Shown here: positions 10,952 to 24,553 of the stretch, piece after piece | Numbering within the stretch: position 1 is the first letter of the stretch | How the letters are laid out: each line of letters starts with the position of its first letter | Virus record (IMG/VR): IMGVR_UViG_3300021255_001602 | Location: 64,001-128,000 of that record | Source of the DNA: a virus | Taxonomy: Duplodnaviria > Heunggongvirae > Uroviricota > Caudoviricetes | DNA length: 64,000 bases | Direction: 5' to 3' (one strand) | Notes under the pieces: model-generated | The model's database searches: none | Told to the model about the DNA's origin: nothing | Seen by the model: the letters and a program-made list of their open reading frames with translations, nothing else | Position numbers and translations under genes: made by a program

Positions 10952-13900
10952 ATGATTACATATGGTTCAACAACACTTACTTCTTACAATTCGATTGTAA
11001 AAACAGAAGTGTATTATTATAAGTCAACAAGTGCTACTTCTTTATCGGGTGGGTCTTGGTCTACGACTAAACCCACTTGGGAAAATGGTAAATACATATG
11101 GCAAAAAATACGGACAGTTTATGAAGATGGAACACATAGTGAAAGCGATCCCGTTAATATTACAGGACAGCAAGGCGCAATTGGAACCGCTGCGTATTCG
11201 TTTAAATTAAATTCTTCTGACAGTATTATTGGTAAAACTAAGGATGGGGAATATACAATTAAAAAAATTACCTTTAGTGCGACATATAAACAAGGTACAG
11301 GTGCTGTTTCTGCATATAATGGAAGATTTAAAATCGAATCAACTACGAACGGTTCTACATGGAAAACAGAATATACGTCAAGTGGAGATGAGTCATCTAA
11401 AGCGTTTACTATTCCTAATGATATTATAGCGATTAAATGCTCATTATATCAGAGTAGTGGCACTACTGTATTATTAGATATAGTGACCGTGCCTGTTGTT
11501 AAAGATGGTGTGGATGCAATTGGATTAAGAGATAGTATCCCTTATTATTTAGCATCTGATAAAGACACTGGTATTACTAGATTAACTCAGGGATGGACAA
11601 GATATAGACCACAATTAACGGCAGAGAAAAAATATTTGTGGGTATATTATGTATCTAGATATAGTGAAGGTACAACAGAACCTGAGTTGATTGAGATTAA
11701 AGATGATTTAGTTCATTTTGAAAACAACGGGGATGAGTCACCTGTTGAGAGTTGTGTGGTTGATATTGAACCTGTGCAAGATTTAAATGGATATGATCAT
11801 CCGTGGCCTGCGGGTGGGGGAGTGAACAAGTGCAGTGTTGATACTTTGGCTGTCGGCGGTAGTAACCAAAGAACAGTAAAGACTACGATTGCAGAAATAC
11901 CCGCAGGGGAGTATTACATCTCATTTATAAAAGGTGGAAATGCAGTCACAAATATCGGGATTCAATTCCTTAACGCATCGTCACGGGCAATTGCGTGGGT
12001 GACAGCTAGTTCAGTCATAGCAGGTGGGAGTGCTATCACGCTCAGTGAAAGTGCGGTTTTCTTGTATATCTACATTGGGCCTACCGAATATGATAACGGG
12101 GAGACGTTTTCGCTCAGCAATATTCAAATCGAGACCGGCACAGCCAAGACCGCCTATATTCCCTACTCCAACATCTGTCCCATCACCGGATGGACAGGGG
12201 CGCATGTGACGAGGACGGGGAAGAATCTTTGCCCACTATATACACAGCGGAATTCTCATGCCGGCATTTCATACGATATAACGAGCGAAGGCATTCATGT
12301 ACACGGAACAGCATCCGGTTCAAGCTACTCATGGAGTTCTTATAGCAGTTATGATGATTATCCAATTCATCTTAACGCCGGAACTTATAAAGTTTCGATT
12401 GATGAAATGTATGGCGACAGTGCGAAGAACGCGTATCTTGTAATTTTAGGCAAGACATTAAGCGGGCAAGATATTCCAAGTTCGACTGTCCATTCTCGGC
12501 AAAAAAATAGAACTCTTGTCCTAACTGAGCCCACAGCTATTCAATATGGTATCTTTATTGCATCCGGTTCAACTGTTGATTTTACAGTTAAACCACAGAT
12601 TGAGCTCGGCTCCACTGCCACCGATTACGAACCCTACTCCGGACAGACTTATGACATTACTTTCCCCTCAGAATCTGGCACTGTATATGGTGGGCAATTA
12701 AATGTAACAACAGGTGAGTTAACCGTAGATAGGGCGATGGTGAGGATTTCTGATTTATCATGGTACTACTCAAATGATTATGGTTATTTTGGAACCCAAA
12801 GAGATGTTGCAAATATCAAGAATCCAACTTCTGCCACAACACTGCTTAGCGGGCTGATTTGCTCTGCATACAAAAGCGGAGCAGCCGCAGAAACGGGTAG
12901 TCAGAAAGTCAATGGCACGATTGGGGTTTTCCAATCACGTATCCGCATCCGCGATGAAAATTATGGCTCTGATGTAAATACGTGGGCGAGTATAATGGGT
13001 AATGAAACCATCGTCTACCCTCTCGCCACTCCGCAGATTTATACTCTCACTCCTCAAGAGATAACCATGCTCTGTAAAGAAAACAATATTTTCGCAGATA
13101 CAGGTCAAACCGCCATTTCCTACTATGATAATCAAACATCAACTGATCCATATGTAGATTATTCCGCAACATCAGCGTTTGAATATTCTGTAAAAGCATA
13201 TGAAGCAACGCAACCATTATACACAAAAACATACACAGGAATTATCGGTACTGCCAACACATTTGCAGATGCCTCCTTTTATTTTGCCAAAATACACCCA
13301 ACTGCATATACATCTAATTATAAAGTCAAGATGAAGATTCGTGTAACAGCACCTGTGGATTATGCTGAAACAATTGATATCCAACTTGGCGGTTATGGTA
13401 GTTCGTTCAGTAGTTATGATTCTTATACTACCAGAACAGGAAGTATTGGCATTTATTATGTGAATCTTTATAGAGCAACACAAGCTGGTATAGAAACTAA
13501 TGAAAAAGGACATGCAATTGGTTTTGGGCTAAGATATTCTACAAACCCTACTGATGCAAATTACAAAAGAGATATAACAGTAGACATACTAGAATTAGAT
13601 GGCTGTACTATTGAAATGTTAGATACTCCTGTTAAGTATGCGGATATGGATGGTACGGGAAGTACAAATTATACGGGATATAATGAATTAGCTGTCGCAT
13701 CCGTTGGACAGAATGCGACCAATAATACTAATACACATTATACACAATATAATAACTCTGTAAAAGCGGGTACATTTGGAGTTAAAAGATATACGCTACT
13801 GATGCGTGACACTCAAGATACATGGGTTTCATTTGTAAATCAAGCTAATATTGTAGCAACCACAAAAACAGTTTCCACTAATGGACACATATTAGGAAAA

Positions 13901-16900
13901 TTAATCTATTCCGCAGGTGGTGCTGAATATGCTTCTGGTGCAAATACATCTACAGTATATGATGCATATCCTTTTGATTTTAGATATTCATCTAATTGTG
14001 GGACTACATTAACGACTAATAAACCCGTATATCTTGTTGGTACAGTCAAAGCGGATGGGCTTTTCTATTTTGACACAACTACGTGGTGGACTCAAACTGA
14101 ACCTACATCAGCAGATAATAAAGTTTATATTTATGTGGGTATGGCATATAGTAATTATCAAGTTTGGTTGAATACAGAAAACCCCGCTTATCAGTTTTAT
14201 AATGGAGAATTTCTGTCGTATGATAAAGTTGTAACACTAAAAAGTATTAGTGACCTTAAAGAAACTCTCGAAGACCAAATTGATGGTAAGATTGAAACTT
14301 GGTGTCAGTCTACCGATCCTTCAACAGCATGGACTACTACTGACCTTAAAAATCAGCATGATGGAGATTTATGGTATTACACTGGCGAATCTACTTCCAG
14401 TTATAAAAATAACACGACTTACAAATATACCGCTTCAACAAATAAGTGGACAGCGTATTCTGCTAACACAGATTTGTTTGATAAAATTGATAATAAAACG
14501 GCGATTTATTATGGTGAGCCAACTACTGTGACAAGCGCAGAAGAGGGCGATTATTTAGTTGATGCTACAGATGGGAGCAGTTATAGATGGAATAGTGGCG
14601 CTTGGGTTAAAGTTAGTGATTATAAATCGGCTATTGATGCGATTGAAATTGGTGGAAAGAATTTATTAAGAGGTACAAGAACACAAGATGTATCATTAGG
14701 AAATTATAAAGATAAGGTAACTGCTACTGAAGAAACATTGTTTGGATGTACAGTTTTTACATCATCGATTAGATGGTCAGATATTGGATTTGATTTTAAA
14801 AAACAAATTTTGGATAGAAATTTAGTGAAAGCTGGTGATTCAGTAACTTATAGTATTTGGGCAAAGACAGACGACACAGAACCAAGAAATATATACGGTG
14901 TATGGGTTGGCAGTTACTATGGCGGTACTACAATTGCTGTTTTATCTTCAGAATGGACACAATATTCAAAAACTTTTGTCGTTACAGAAGAGATGTTAGA
15001 GGCTACATCTGCTGTTATGACTCGTTTTGAATGTAATACCAATTGCACAGAAGGTAAATACATATATTGGGCTGCGCCTAAGTTAGAGCGTGGTACTAAA
15101 GCAACTGACTGGACTCCCGCACCAGAAGACACTGAAGCTGAAATTTCTGCTTTACAAGAAGATTTACAAGCACAGATTGATGAAAAAATTCAAACCTATT
15201 ATCAATCAACCAATCCCGCATCTGCATGGACAACTGCTGATATCCGTGCAACTCATGATGGTGATTTGTGGTGTTATACAGGAACAACAACTTCTACTTA
15301 TACTAAAGATAATGTGTATAGATATAATGCCTCCAATAATACATGGACTACATATTCTGCGTCTGGTGATCTGTTTGATAAAGTAGATGGTAAAACTACA
15401 GTGTTCTATGGCAAGACAACAGATACATTTACTGACGTAGAGACTGGCGATTATCTTGTAGATGCTACAGATGGAAGTAGTTATAGATATGATGGTAGTA
15501 AATGGGTCAAGGTTACAGATTATCAAGCCGCTATTGATAGTATGTCAATTGGCGGTAGAAACTTATTTGTAACAGCCTCTCGTTTTCATCCAGAAGAAAA
15601 TGCTTTTACCACTACATCTACGAGCAAAGATAATCACATTGAAAATTTCGATGCAAAGGGCGGTATTTATACTGTGGAACCATTTAAAGCGGGTGATGTT
15701 ATAACCTTACAAGCACAGTCTAATTTACCATGGAGCAATCGTCATGCCAGTGATGGTACAGCACCAAACACAGTAGGTTTTTGGATACAGGCATATGATA
15801 CGATGGAAGACGCTCGTGCAAGAAGAAATCTGAAGCGTTCTCGATTCTTAACAAATGATTTAGGTGAAAATCATACTTCGTTCTTACACACATTTACTGT
15901 ACCACAGGATGATGATGGCAGATATTATAACTTTAGATTTAATTCATATTCTGATGGTACACAATCTGTTACAGCAAAATTCTGGGATTTGCAACTGGAA
16001 CGTGGTAATAAAGCAACTAGCTGGTCACCTGCACTGGAAGACTTACAGGTTAATATCGAAGGTGCAGAAAAACGCAATTTATTACTTAATACCCAGAAAA
16101 AGACATACAGTGGTTACACTATGTATTACGATTTATCTGAATCTGGTCGGCAACTCCAAGAGGGTGAAGTAGTCACATTCTCTATGAAAGCTACGGTTCC
16201 TGCTGATAGAAAACGTTGGGCTATATATAACTCAGGTGGTTATCTTGCTATAAGTCAATGGGAAGCTATTGAGCCTGATGGAGAAACAGCAGTCATTTAT
16301 ACATGGACAGGCGTATGGAAGTTATATCAAAACGATGAACCTGTAGCTAACGATAAATTACATGTATATATTGGTACGTCTGGAGCCACTAGTTCTGTTA
16401 CTGTTGAGTGGGCAAAATTAGAGCGTGGCAATACTATGAGCACATATTCTCCTGCTCCAGAAGACATTAACTCTTCAATTAATGCCGCTCAGACTACAGC
16501 AGATGAGGCTCTGGCAGCGACTCAGCCAATTTCATCTAAAACTTTTACTGGCGTTATAGGAACGGCAAATGATATTGCAAATGCATCTCTTTATTTTGCT
16601 AAAGTTCATCCTACAACTTATACCGATCCATGGATGGTTAAGATGAAAATTAAGGCATCTGTTCCTAGTGACACTAACTTCCGTAAGACTGTAGATATCA
16701 CCATTCATGGATGCTGTAGTAACTTTATATCGTATGATTCTATAGTAGCAAATTATAACTCTAATCCTATTTATTACTTGAATCTATATAGAGCAACACA
16801 AGCGGGTATAGAAACAAATAAAAAAGGACACGCATTGGGCTTTGGATTAAGAAGTGCTACGTCTCCTACTGATACAAACAAAAAGCGTACTTTTGAGGTT

Positions 16901-18550
16901 GATTTGTTAGAGGTAGACGGATGCACGGTTGACTGGATTGATACGCCTGTTAAGTATGCCGATATGGATGGCACAGGTTCAACCAATTACGTGGGATGTA
17001 CTGAATTGGGTATAACTTCTAATGGTCAGAACGCAACTAATAATGGTAATACATATGATAGAATTAAATATTCTACCATTAAAGCCGCTGAAGCCATTGC
17101 AAGATATAATATTATAGTAGGAACGAGTGCTGGTTACAAGCATTTAAAGTCTGGCACACCTTGGGATATTACTTATCCTATTTTATATGCGGATGCAGCA
17201 TTAAACGCTAATGCAACTGGTTCTAGTAACTATCTTACAATTCCTTTTACAGTCACTACTACGCAAAATATGACATTAACTCCTTATAAGCCTGTATATA
17301 TCGAGGGCACGCTTGATGGTACTACATTTACTCCTATAGATACCACACCATTAACGCAGACTGTTCCAACCTCAGATAATGGACACCAGTATATATTATT
17401 AGGTTCAGCTTATAGTACAACTGCAATTAACCTTGAAGCAGAGCATCCTATTTATCAATTCCAGAATGGTAACTTCGTAACAGTTGCTGAAGCTGCTTCC
17501 AGAATTGGAGCGAATGCTGAGAACTTAATTAAAGCAACTTATGCCGTATGTAGCACTGCGGCTGGGACTAATGCTAAAACAGCGGATTGTACAAATTTTG
17601 AATTATATGAAGGTGCTCGTATTCAAGTCACATTTACTAATGCTAATACAGCAAGTGCTCCTACTTTAGACATTAATAACACAGGTGCAAAAGCAATTTA
17701 TATTAATAAAACTGCCGCATCGGATACTAATCTTCTACTCTGGACAGCTGGCTCAAAAATGGAATTCGTATATGATGGTACAGGATGGATTGCACAGAAT
17801 GTTCCTTATGCTTTATATGGTACATGTTCTACTGGCGCAAGTACTGCGGCTAAAGTCGTAACATGTAATGAGGCGGTCATATGTAAAGGTACTACAATAT
17901 CAGTTAATATGACTAACACCAATACAGCTGCGGATGCAACACTAAATGTTGGTTCAACGGTTGCTAAAGATATATATGCTAATGGTGCTAAATTGACTAC
18001 AAATAGTCGCTTCAATTGGCGTGCGAATACTACTCAGAAATTTGTATTCGATGGTCAAGTTTGGCGTATGGATGATGATAGCGTTAAAGCACTTGCGACT
18101 GCATATATTACAGAAATTGATGATGATGGTATTATGGTACATCCTGAGGATGATGATACAAGTGGATGGGCTATTTCTGATGCTATACAGCTGTTTAAGA
18201 ATGGAATTAGTTATATTAAGTTATGGATTGAGAATAATATCCCGAAGATTAGAATTGGTAAAGAAGATCAGGGACATATTATTCTGGATAATGATAGTGT
18301 TGACATTAGGAATGATGATAAGGTACTGGCGAGTTTTGGTGCTACTAGTGTGATTGGTGATGAAAATGACTGGCATCAAACGATTGCGGCTAATCAAATA
18401 ACTTTTGCCAAGGGCAATAATACTATAACTTATATATCCCCTGATAAATTATATACGATTAATGCAGAAGTAGCAGATGCTTTTTATATTAGTAATTATT
18501 CAATAAGGAATGCATCGGATGGAAAATTAGTAATCGGATTAAGGAGGTGA
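10952..18550 (+). CDS. Giant mosaic tail fibre / receptor-binding protein
   Basis: 2532 aa; repeated GGxNL...KLERG.KAT.W.PAPED modules; internal duplications; KPTWENGKYIWQK motif common in gut phage tail proteins. Confidence 0.8.
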   Translation: MITYGSTTLTSYNSIVKTEVYYYKSTSATSLSGGSWSTTKPTWENGKYIWQKIRTVYEDGTHSESDPVNITGQQGAIGTAAYSFKLNSSDSIIGKTKDGEYTIKKITFSATYKQGTGAVSAYNGRFKIESTTNGSTWKTEYTSSGDESSKAFTIPNDIIAIKCSLYQSSGTTVLLDIVTVPVVKDGVDAIGLRDSIPYYLASDKDTGITRLTQGWTRYRPQLTAEKKYLWVYYVSRYSEGTTEPELIEIKDDLVHFENNGDESPVESCVVDIEPVQDLNGYDHPWPAGGGVNKCSVDTLAVGGSNQRTVKTTIAEIPAGEYYISFIKGGNAVTNIGIQFLNASSRAIAWVTASSVIAGGSAITLSESAVFLYIYIGPTEYDNGETFSLSNIQIETGTAKTAYIPYSNICPITGWTGAHVTRTGKNLCPLYTQRNSHAGISYDITSEGIHVHGTASGSSYSWSSYSSYDDYPIHLNAGTYKVSIDEMYGDSAKNAYLVILGKTLSGQDIPSSTVHSRQKNRTLVLTEPTAIQYGIFIASGSTVDFTVKPQIELGSTATDYEPYSGQTYDITFPSESGTVYGGQLNVTTGELTVDRAMVRISDLSWYYSNDYGYFGTQRDVANIKNPTSATTLLSGLICSAYKSGAAAETGSQKVNGTIGVFQSRIRIRDENYGSDVNTWASIMGNETIVYPLATPQIYTLTPQEITMLCKENNIFADTGQTAISYYDNQTSTDPYVDYSATSAFEYSVKAYEATQPLYTKTYTGIIGTANTFADASFYFAKIHPTAYTSNYKVKMKIRVTAPVDYAETIDIQLGGYGSSFSSYDSYTTRTGSIGIYYVNLYRATQAGIETNEKGHAIGFGLRYSTNPTDANYKRDITVDILELDGCTIEMLDTPVKYADMDGTGSTNYTGYNELAVASVGQNATNNTNTHYTQYNNSVKAGTFGVKRYTLLMRDTQDTWVSFVNQANIVATTKTVSTNGHILGKLIYSAGGAEYASGANTSTVYDAYPFDFRYSSNCGTTLTTNKPVYLVGTVKADGLFYFDTTTWWTQTEPTSADNKVYIYVGMAYSNYQVWLNTENPAYQFYNGEFLSYDKVVTLKSISDLKETLEDQIDGKIETWCQSTDPSTAWTTTDLKNQHDGDLWYYTGESTSSYKNNTTYKYTASTNKWTAYSANTDLFDKIDNKTAIYYGEPTTVTSAEEGDYLVDATDGSSYRWNSGAWVKVSDYKSAIDAIEIGGKNLLRGTRTQDVSLGNYKDKVTATEETLFGCTVFTSSIRWSDIGFDFKKQILDRNLVKAGDSVTYSIWAKTDDTEPRNIYGVWVGSYYGGTTIAVLSSEWTQYSKTFVVTEEMLEATSAVMTRFECNTNCTEGKYIYWAAPKLERGTKATDWTPAPEDTEAEISALQEDLQAQIDEKIQTYYQSTNPASAWTTADIRATHDGDLWCYTGTTTSTYTKDNVYRYNASNNTWTTYSASGDLFDKVDGKTTVFYGKTTDTFTDVETGDYLVDATDGSSYRYDGSKWVKVTDYQAAIDSMSIGGRNLFVTASRFHPEENAFTTTSTSKDNHIENFDAKGGIYTVEPFKAGDVITLQAQSNLPWSNRHASDGTAPNTVGFWIQAYDTMEDARARRNLKRSRFLTNDLGENHTSFLHTFTVPQDDDGRYYNFRFNSYSDGTQSVTAKFWDLQLERGNKATSWSPALEDLQVNIEGAEKRNLLLNTQKKTYSGYTMYYDLSESGRQLQEGEVVTFSMKATVPADRKRWAIYNSGGYLAISQWEAIEPDGETAVIYTWTGVWKLYQNDEPVANDKLHVYIGTSGATSSVTVEWAKLERGNTMSTYSPAPEDINSSINAAQTTADEALAATQPISSKTFTGVIGTANDIANASLYFAKVHPTTYTDPWMVKMKIKASVPSDTNFRKTVDITIHGCCSNFISYDSIVANYNSNPIYYLNLYRATQAGIETNKKGHALGFGLRSATSPTDTNKKRTFEVDLLEVDGCTVDWIDTPVKYADMDGTGSTNYVGCTELGITSNGQNATNNGNTYDRIKYSTIKAAEAIARYNIIVGTSAGYKHLKSGTPWDITYPILYADAALNANATGSSNYLTIPFTVTTTQNMTLTPYKPVYIEGTLDGTTFTPIDTTPLTQTVPTSDNGHQYILLGSAYSTTAINLEAEHPIYQFQNGNFVTVAEAASRIGANAENLIKATYAVCSTAAGTNAKTADCTNFELYEGARIQVTFTNANTASAPTLDINNTGAKAIYINKTAASDTNLLLWTAGSKMEFVYDGTGWIAQNVPYALYGTCSTGASTAAKVVTCNEAVICKGTTISVNMTNTNTAADATLNVGSTVAKDIYANGAKLTTNSRFNWRANTTQKFVFDGQVWRMDDDSVKALATAYITEIDDDGIMVHPEDDDTSGWAISDAIQLFKNGISYIKLWIENNIPKIRIGKEDQGHIILDNDSVDIRNDDKVLASFGATSVIGDENDWHQTIAANQITFAKGNNTITYISPDKLYTINAEVADAFYISNYSIRNASDGKLVIGLRR

Positions 18551-18554
18551 TTAT

Positions 18555-19766
18555 ATGGCGATAGCAAGTGGAACTTGCGGTACATGTAGTTGGAATATAG
18601 ATAATAGTGGAAAATTAACGATTAAGCCTACTAGTGGAAGTAGTGGAGAATTAGCCAGCCCTTATCTAATGGGGCACTGGCCTTGGTATACATACAAAGA
18701 TTCTGTTATAACGGCTGTCATTTCAGGATCAATTACTGCAAAAGAAGACACCTCATTTGGCAATCCTAAGATTGGCGATTTTCATTCATTATTTGACGAT
18801 TGTGCTAATTTAGTTCAAGTTTCAGGACTTGGTAATTTAAAAAATGCCAAAGATTTATCACTCATGTTTACTGGATGCGATAAATTAACGACCTTAGATA
18901 TCCAAAATTTAGATGTTTCTACAGTAACGCACTTCAGCTATATGTTTAATCACTGTTATTCACTAACTTCTTTAAATTTATCTAATTTTATAACATCACA
19001 AGCAGTGGAGCTAGATGGTGTATTTTACTATTGTTCTTCATTAACTACTTTAGATCTTACGAGAGTAGATACCCGACAAGTAGATTTTAATGCGGGCGGC
19101 GTTCATGATTTGTTTAACGGTTGTGAATTGTTATCAACTGTAATACTAGGCAATAACTTTTATGTAAAACCATATTCTCAATATACAGATGAACATAACT
19201 GGCGATCTACTCCATATATGGATTCAGCTAAGAATCTAACCAACGGCATAATGATAACATCTGACGAAGCATTTTCCGAACTAACCAACGCCCAGCGTGC
19301 GGGTACTTGGCAACGCAATGTCTCATTTACATATAGAGTCTCCGCATATCGTTCAACATCTGGTACAGCAGATGAAGATGGTGAAAACGCTTCTTTCGAT
19401 ATTCAATGGGCTACCAATGCAACTACTACAGATCGCATATTTAGAATATATCAAAAAGAAGCAGGTGCTGTCTCCTATCCAACCTCACCAGTATTAACTC
19501 AAAATGTTACTGGTCATTCAGGCAATACCACTTTAACAATAAATAACATCGGTGATAACGCATACGATTTTAAGGTTGAATTCTATGATGGAACAAACAC
19601 TTATTTAGCGTTCCCTTCAATTCAAACAAACATTCGTTTAATTACAATAGATGAAACAGGTAATGTCTGTTTATATTTAAATACATCTGCTTCATCAGGT
19701 ACAACAGATGCAAAATTATATGATGCTATTGCAGCTCTTGGTTGGCAAGGAGACGTATTAGTATAA
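18555..19766 (+). CDS. BspA/DUF285-type leucine-rich-repeat protein in the tail module
   Basis: Repeats MFTGCDKLTTLDIQNLDVS, MFNHCYSLTSLNLSNF, VFYYCSSLTTLDL. Confidence 0.8.
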   Translation: MAIASGTCGTCSWNIDNSGKLTIKPTSGSSGELASPYLMGHWPWYTYKDSVITAVISGSITAKEDTSFGNPKIGDFHSLFDDCANLVQVSGLGNLKNAKDLSLMFTGCDKLTTLDIQNLDVSTVTHFSYMFNHCYSLTSLNLSNFITSQAVELDGVFYYCSSLTTLDLTRVDTRQVDFNAGGVHDLFNGCELLSTVILGNNFYVKPYSQYTDEHNWRSTPYMDSAKNLTNGIMITSDEAFSELTNAQRAGTWQRNVSFTYRVSAYRSTSGTADEDGENASFDIQWATNATTTDRIFRIYQKEAGAVSYPTSPVLTQNVTGHSGNTTLTINNIGDNAYDFKVEFYDGTNTYLAFPSIQTNIRLITIDETGNVCLYLNTSASSGTTDAKLYDAIAALGWQGDVLV

Positions 19767-19779
19767 GGAGGTAAAAAGT

Positions 19780-20046
19780 ATGTATCAATTTTATACAGCA
19801 GAAATTAAAAAAACACAATCGGGTGAATTTGAACATGATATCCACTGGTATTGGGATGAAAATGAATACCAAGCACAACTTAAAGGCGAAGCGGCTTTTT
19901 ATGAAATTCTTTCAAGAGCGGCTACTTCTACGAATCTTGAACATGCTGCAATTTTATTTTCTTCAAAAGGGAACAGAATTATGGACAAATGTTATACTCA
20001 TACGCCTATTACACCCCCTGAAAATGCAATAGAGGGAATGGAATAA
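19780..20046 (+). CDS. Small protein, paralog of 23714-23971 (possible fibre assembly chaperone)
   Basis: 88 aa; aligns by eye with 23714-23971 (EI...GE..H..H...DEN...A.LKGE..Y...L..AA....HAAI.F...G). Confidence 0.7.
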   Translation: MYQFYTAEIKKTQSGEFEHDIHWYWDENEYQAQLKGEAAFYEILSRAATSTNLEHAAILFSSKGNRIMDKCYTHTPITPPENAIEGME

Positions 20047-20060
20047 CAGGAGGTAATTAA

Positions 20061-20450
20061 ATGTTAAGCATAAAAAATCTGCTAATAAAAATATTAGACA
20101 GAAACACCCGTAAAACTCTTCCGACATCTATTATTACAGTAAATAGTGGTTTTACGATGAATGCCTGTAACGCATATATAATTAATAATGTCTTTTTCTT
20201 ATCAGCCCGTTTTTCAAAAACATCTGGGGCTGTGTTTTCTACTCCTCGTGAAACTGTTGGAACGCTTGATTCCGCTTATAGACCTGATTATTTACATATA
20301 AATGCAGCAAGTGGAAGTACCACAATTAACGGTCACGGGAATCGTTGGACGACTACTTTAATAAGTACTGATGGAAAGATACATGTTGATACTAATTACA
20401 CAGATATCAAAAATGCATATGTGCATGCTGTATATCCTTTACCAAATTAA
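20061..20450 (+). CDS. Small receptor-binding head-like domain protein
   Basis: 129 aa; VGTLDSAYRP motif resembles phage RBP head domains. Confidence 0.45.
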   Translation: MLSIKNLLIKILDRNTRKTLPTSIITVNSGFTMNACNAYIINNVFFLSARFSKTSGAVFSTPRETVGTLDSAYRPDYLHINAASGSTTINGHGNRWTTTLISTDGKIHVDTNYTDIKNAYVHAVYPLPN

Positions 20451-20466
20451 AACAGAGGTGATATAA

Positions 20467-21210
20467 ATGAAAGTTACGCCAAAATTAATTCTTACAATCA
20501 TTCACTCTCTTAAAGGCTCAGGTGCTAAACAGAGAGTGAAAGAAATTTACAATACATTCGCTTCAAAACATGGCAAATCAAAAACTGACGGAAAAGCATG
20601 GTGCTCTGAAACAGTGAGTGCTGGATTTATTAAAGCAAATGCCACTGAACTAATCGGTGGCATTGCTCAATCTTCTGGTGATCACAAACGCCACTTTAAA
20701 CAATTAGGTATTTGGAAAGGTGGACATGATAGAATTCCTAATGTTGGAGATATCGCTATTTTCCAAGATAGCCATGGTAACCCTAACCATACTGAAATGG
20801 TGTTTTCTGTAAATAAAACAAAAGGTACATTCGTAGCACTCTCAGGTAATTATCTGGGTGGTATTGGATTCCGAACCAGAAAAATCCACGCCTCAAACAT
20901 TCACGGTTACGGATGCCCTAAATACAATTCATATAATACAGTAACACCTACTGTTGTTATGAATGTATTAAAAGGTAAATATGGAAAAGGCGCTAAAATC
21001 GGCACTACTAGATATGACCAGCTTGCAATAAGTGGCTACGATCCTGATGCTGTACAAGTTAAAATTAACTGGGTCATCAATACCGCTCAAAATATCAAGA
21101 ATGGTAAATCTAATTACGGAAACGATGATGAACGCAGACAAAAGCTTGGTCTCTGGTATGATGTCGTGCAAAAACAAATTAATGTACTTTACGGCATAGA
21201 CAAATGGTAA
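20467..21210 (+). CDS. Endolysin: CHAP domain plus two Cpl-7-like cell-wall-binding repeats
   Basis: AWCSETVS...PNVGDIAIF...HTEMV...SGNY; C-terminal GKYGKG...GYDPDAVQ and YGNDDERRQKLG..YDVVQ repeats. Confidence 0.8.
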   Translation: MKVTPKLILTIIHSLKGSGAKQRVKEIYNTFASKHGKSKTDGKAWCSETVSAGFIKANATELIGGIAQSSGDHKRHFKQLGIWKGGHDRIPNVGDIAIFQDSHGNPNHTEMVFSVNKTKGTFVALSGNYLGGIGFRTRKIHASNIHGYGCPKYNSYNTVTPTVVMNVLKGKYGKGAKIGTTRYDQLAISGYDPDAVQVKINWVINTAQNIKNGKSNYGNDDERRQKLGLWYDVVQKQINVLYGIDKW

Positions 21211-21227
21211 TTAAAGAGGTGATTTAT

Positions 21228-23711
<2,484 letters not shown>

Positions 23712-23713
23712 TT

Positions 23714-23971
23714 ATGCAATATTATATTATAGAAATTCAACAGTATGAAAATGGTGAATATGGTCACCTTGTACATTATGCTTATGATGAAAATCCTGAT
23801 AAGGCTCGTTTGAAAGGCGAGTCTATTTATTACCAAGTGTTAGCAGCAGCCGCTGTTAGTGAGCTTCCTAGTCACGCGGCTATTATGTTTACAGCTGATG
23901 GTTTTCCGATTATGCATCAGAGTTATAAACATGAAGTTGAACATAAAGATACAGAAGACGGCAATAACTGA
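23714..23971 (+). CDS. Small protein, paralog of 19780-20046
   Basis: 85 aa; GGAGG RBS; see paralog. Confidence 0.7.
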   Translation: MQYYIIEIQQYENGEYGHLVHYAYDENPDKARLKGESIYYQVLAAAAVSELPSHAAIMFTADGFPIMHQSYKHEVEHKDTEDGNN

Positions 23972-24035
23972 ATATAGGATATAAAAAGAAGAACTAGATT
24001 ATTAGCAATGTTTTAATTGAAATGAGGTGATCACA

Positions 24036-24542
24036 ATGGGTTTGAATGAATTAATTGAACAAATTCTTCATCAACTTCATCCGTTTGAAAATCTTAGTTC
24101 TTCTATTATTTTTATTGGTGTCATACTCTGTACATTTGTACAGATATCTCCTATTAAAATCAATCCATGGGATGTAATGCTTGGATGGATCGGAGAGAGA
24201 TTTAATTCAGGCATGAATAAGAAAATAGAAGGAATGAGTAACAGGGTTGACAATTTGGAGAAGCGGTTTAACGAACAAGTAGAAGATAATAAATATGAGA
24301 AGTTGAAGAAACAGCGTAAATATCTGATTGAATTTGTTGAAGAAGGCGTCAATGGTCAACGTCACACAAAAGAATCGTTTGAAAATGCTATTAGAGCATG
24401 TGACGAGTATGAAAAATTTGTTAAAGAAAATAATATTGAAAACGGTGTCATCAACTCTACAATCCACGCAATCAGAGCAAAATATGAAGAACATTTAATT
24501 AACGCTGATTTCGCAACAGAAGAACATTATATTAATCAATAG
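24036..24542 (+). CDS. Membrane-anchored protein of the lysis cassette
   Basis: N-terminal hydrophobic helix, QISPIKINPW motif, then coiled-coil; GAGGTGA RBS before 24036. Confidence 0.6.
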   Translation: MGLNELIEQILHQLHPFENLSSSIIFIGVILCTFVQISPIKINPWDVMLGWIGERFNSGMNKKIEGMSNRVDNLEKRFNEQVEDNKYEKLKKQRKYLIEFVEEGVNGQRHTKESFENAIRACDEYEKFVKENNIENGVINSTIHAIRAKYEEHLINADFATEEHYINQ

Positions 24543-24553
24543 GAGGAAGTAAA

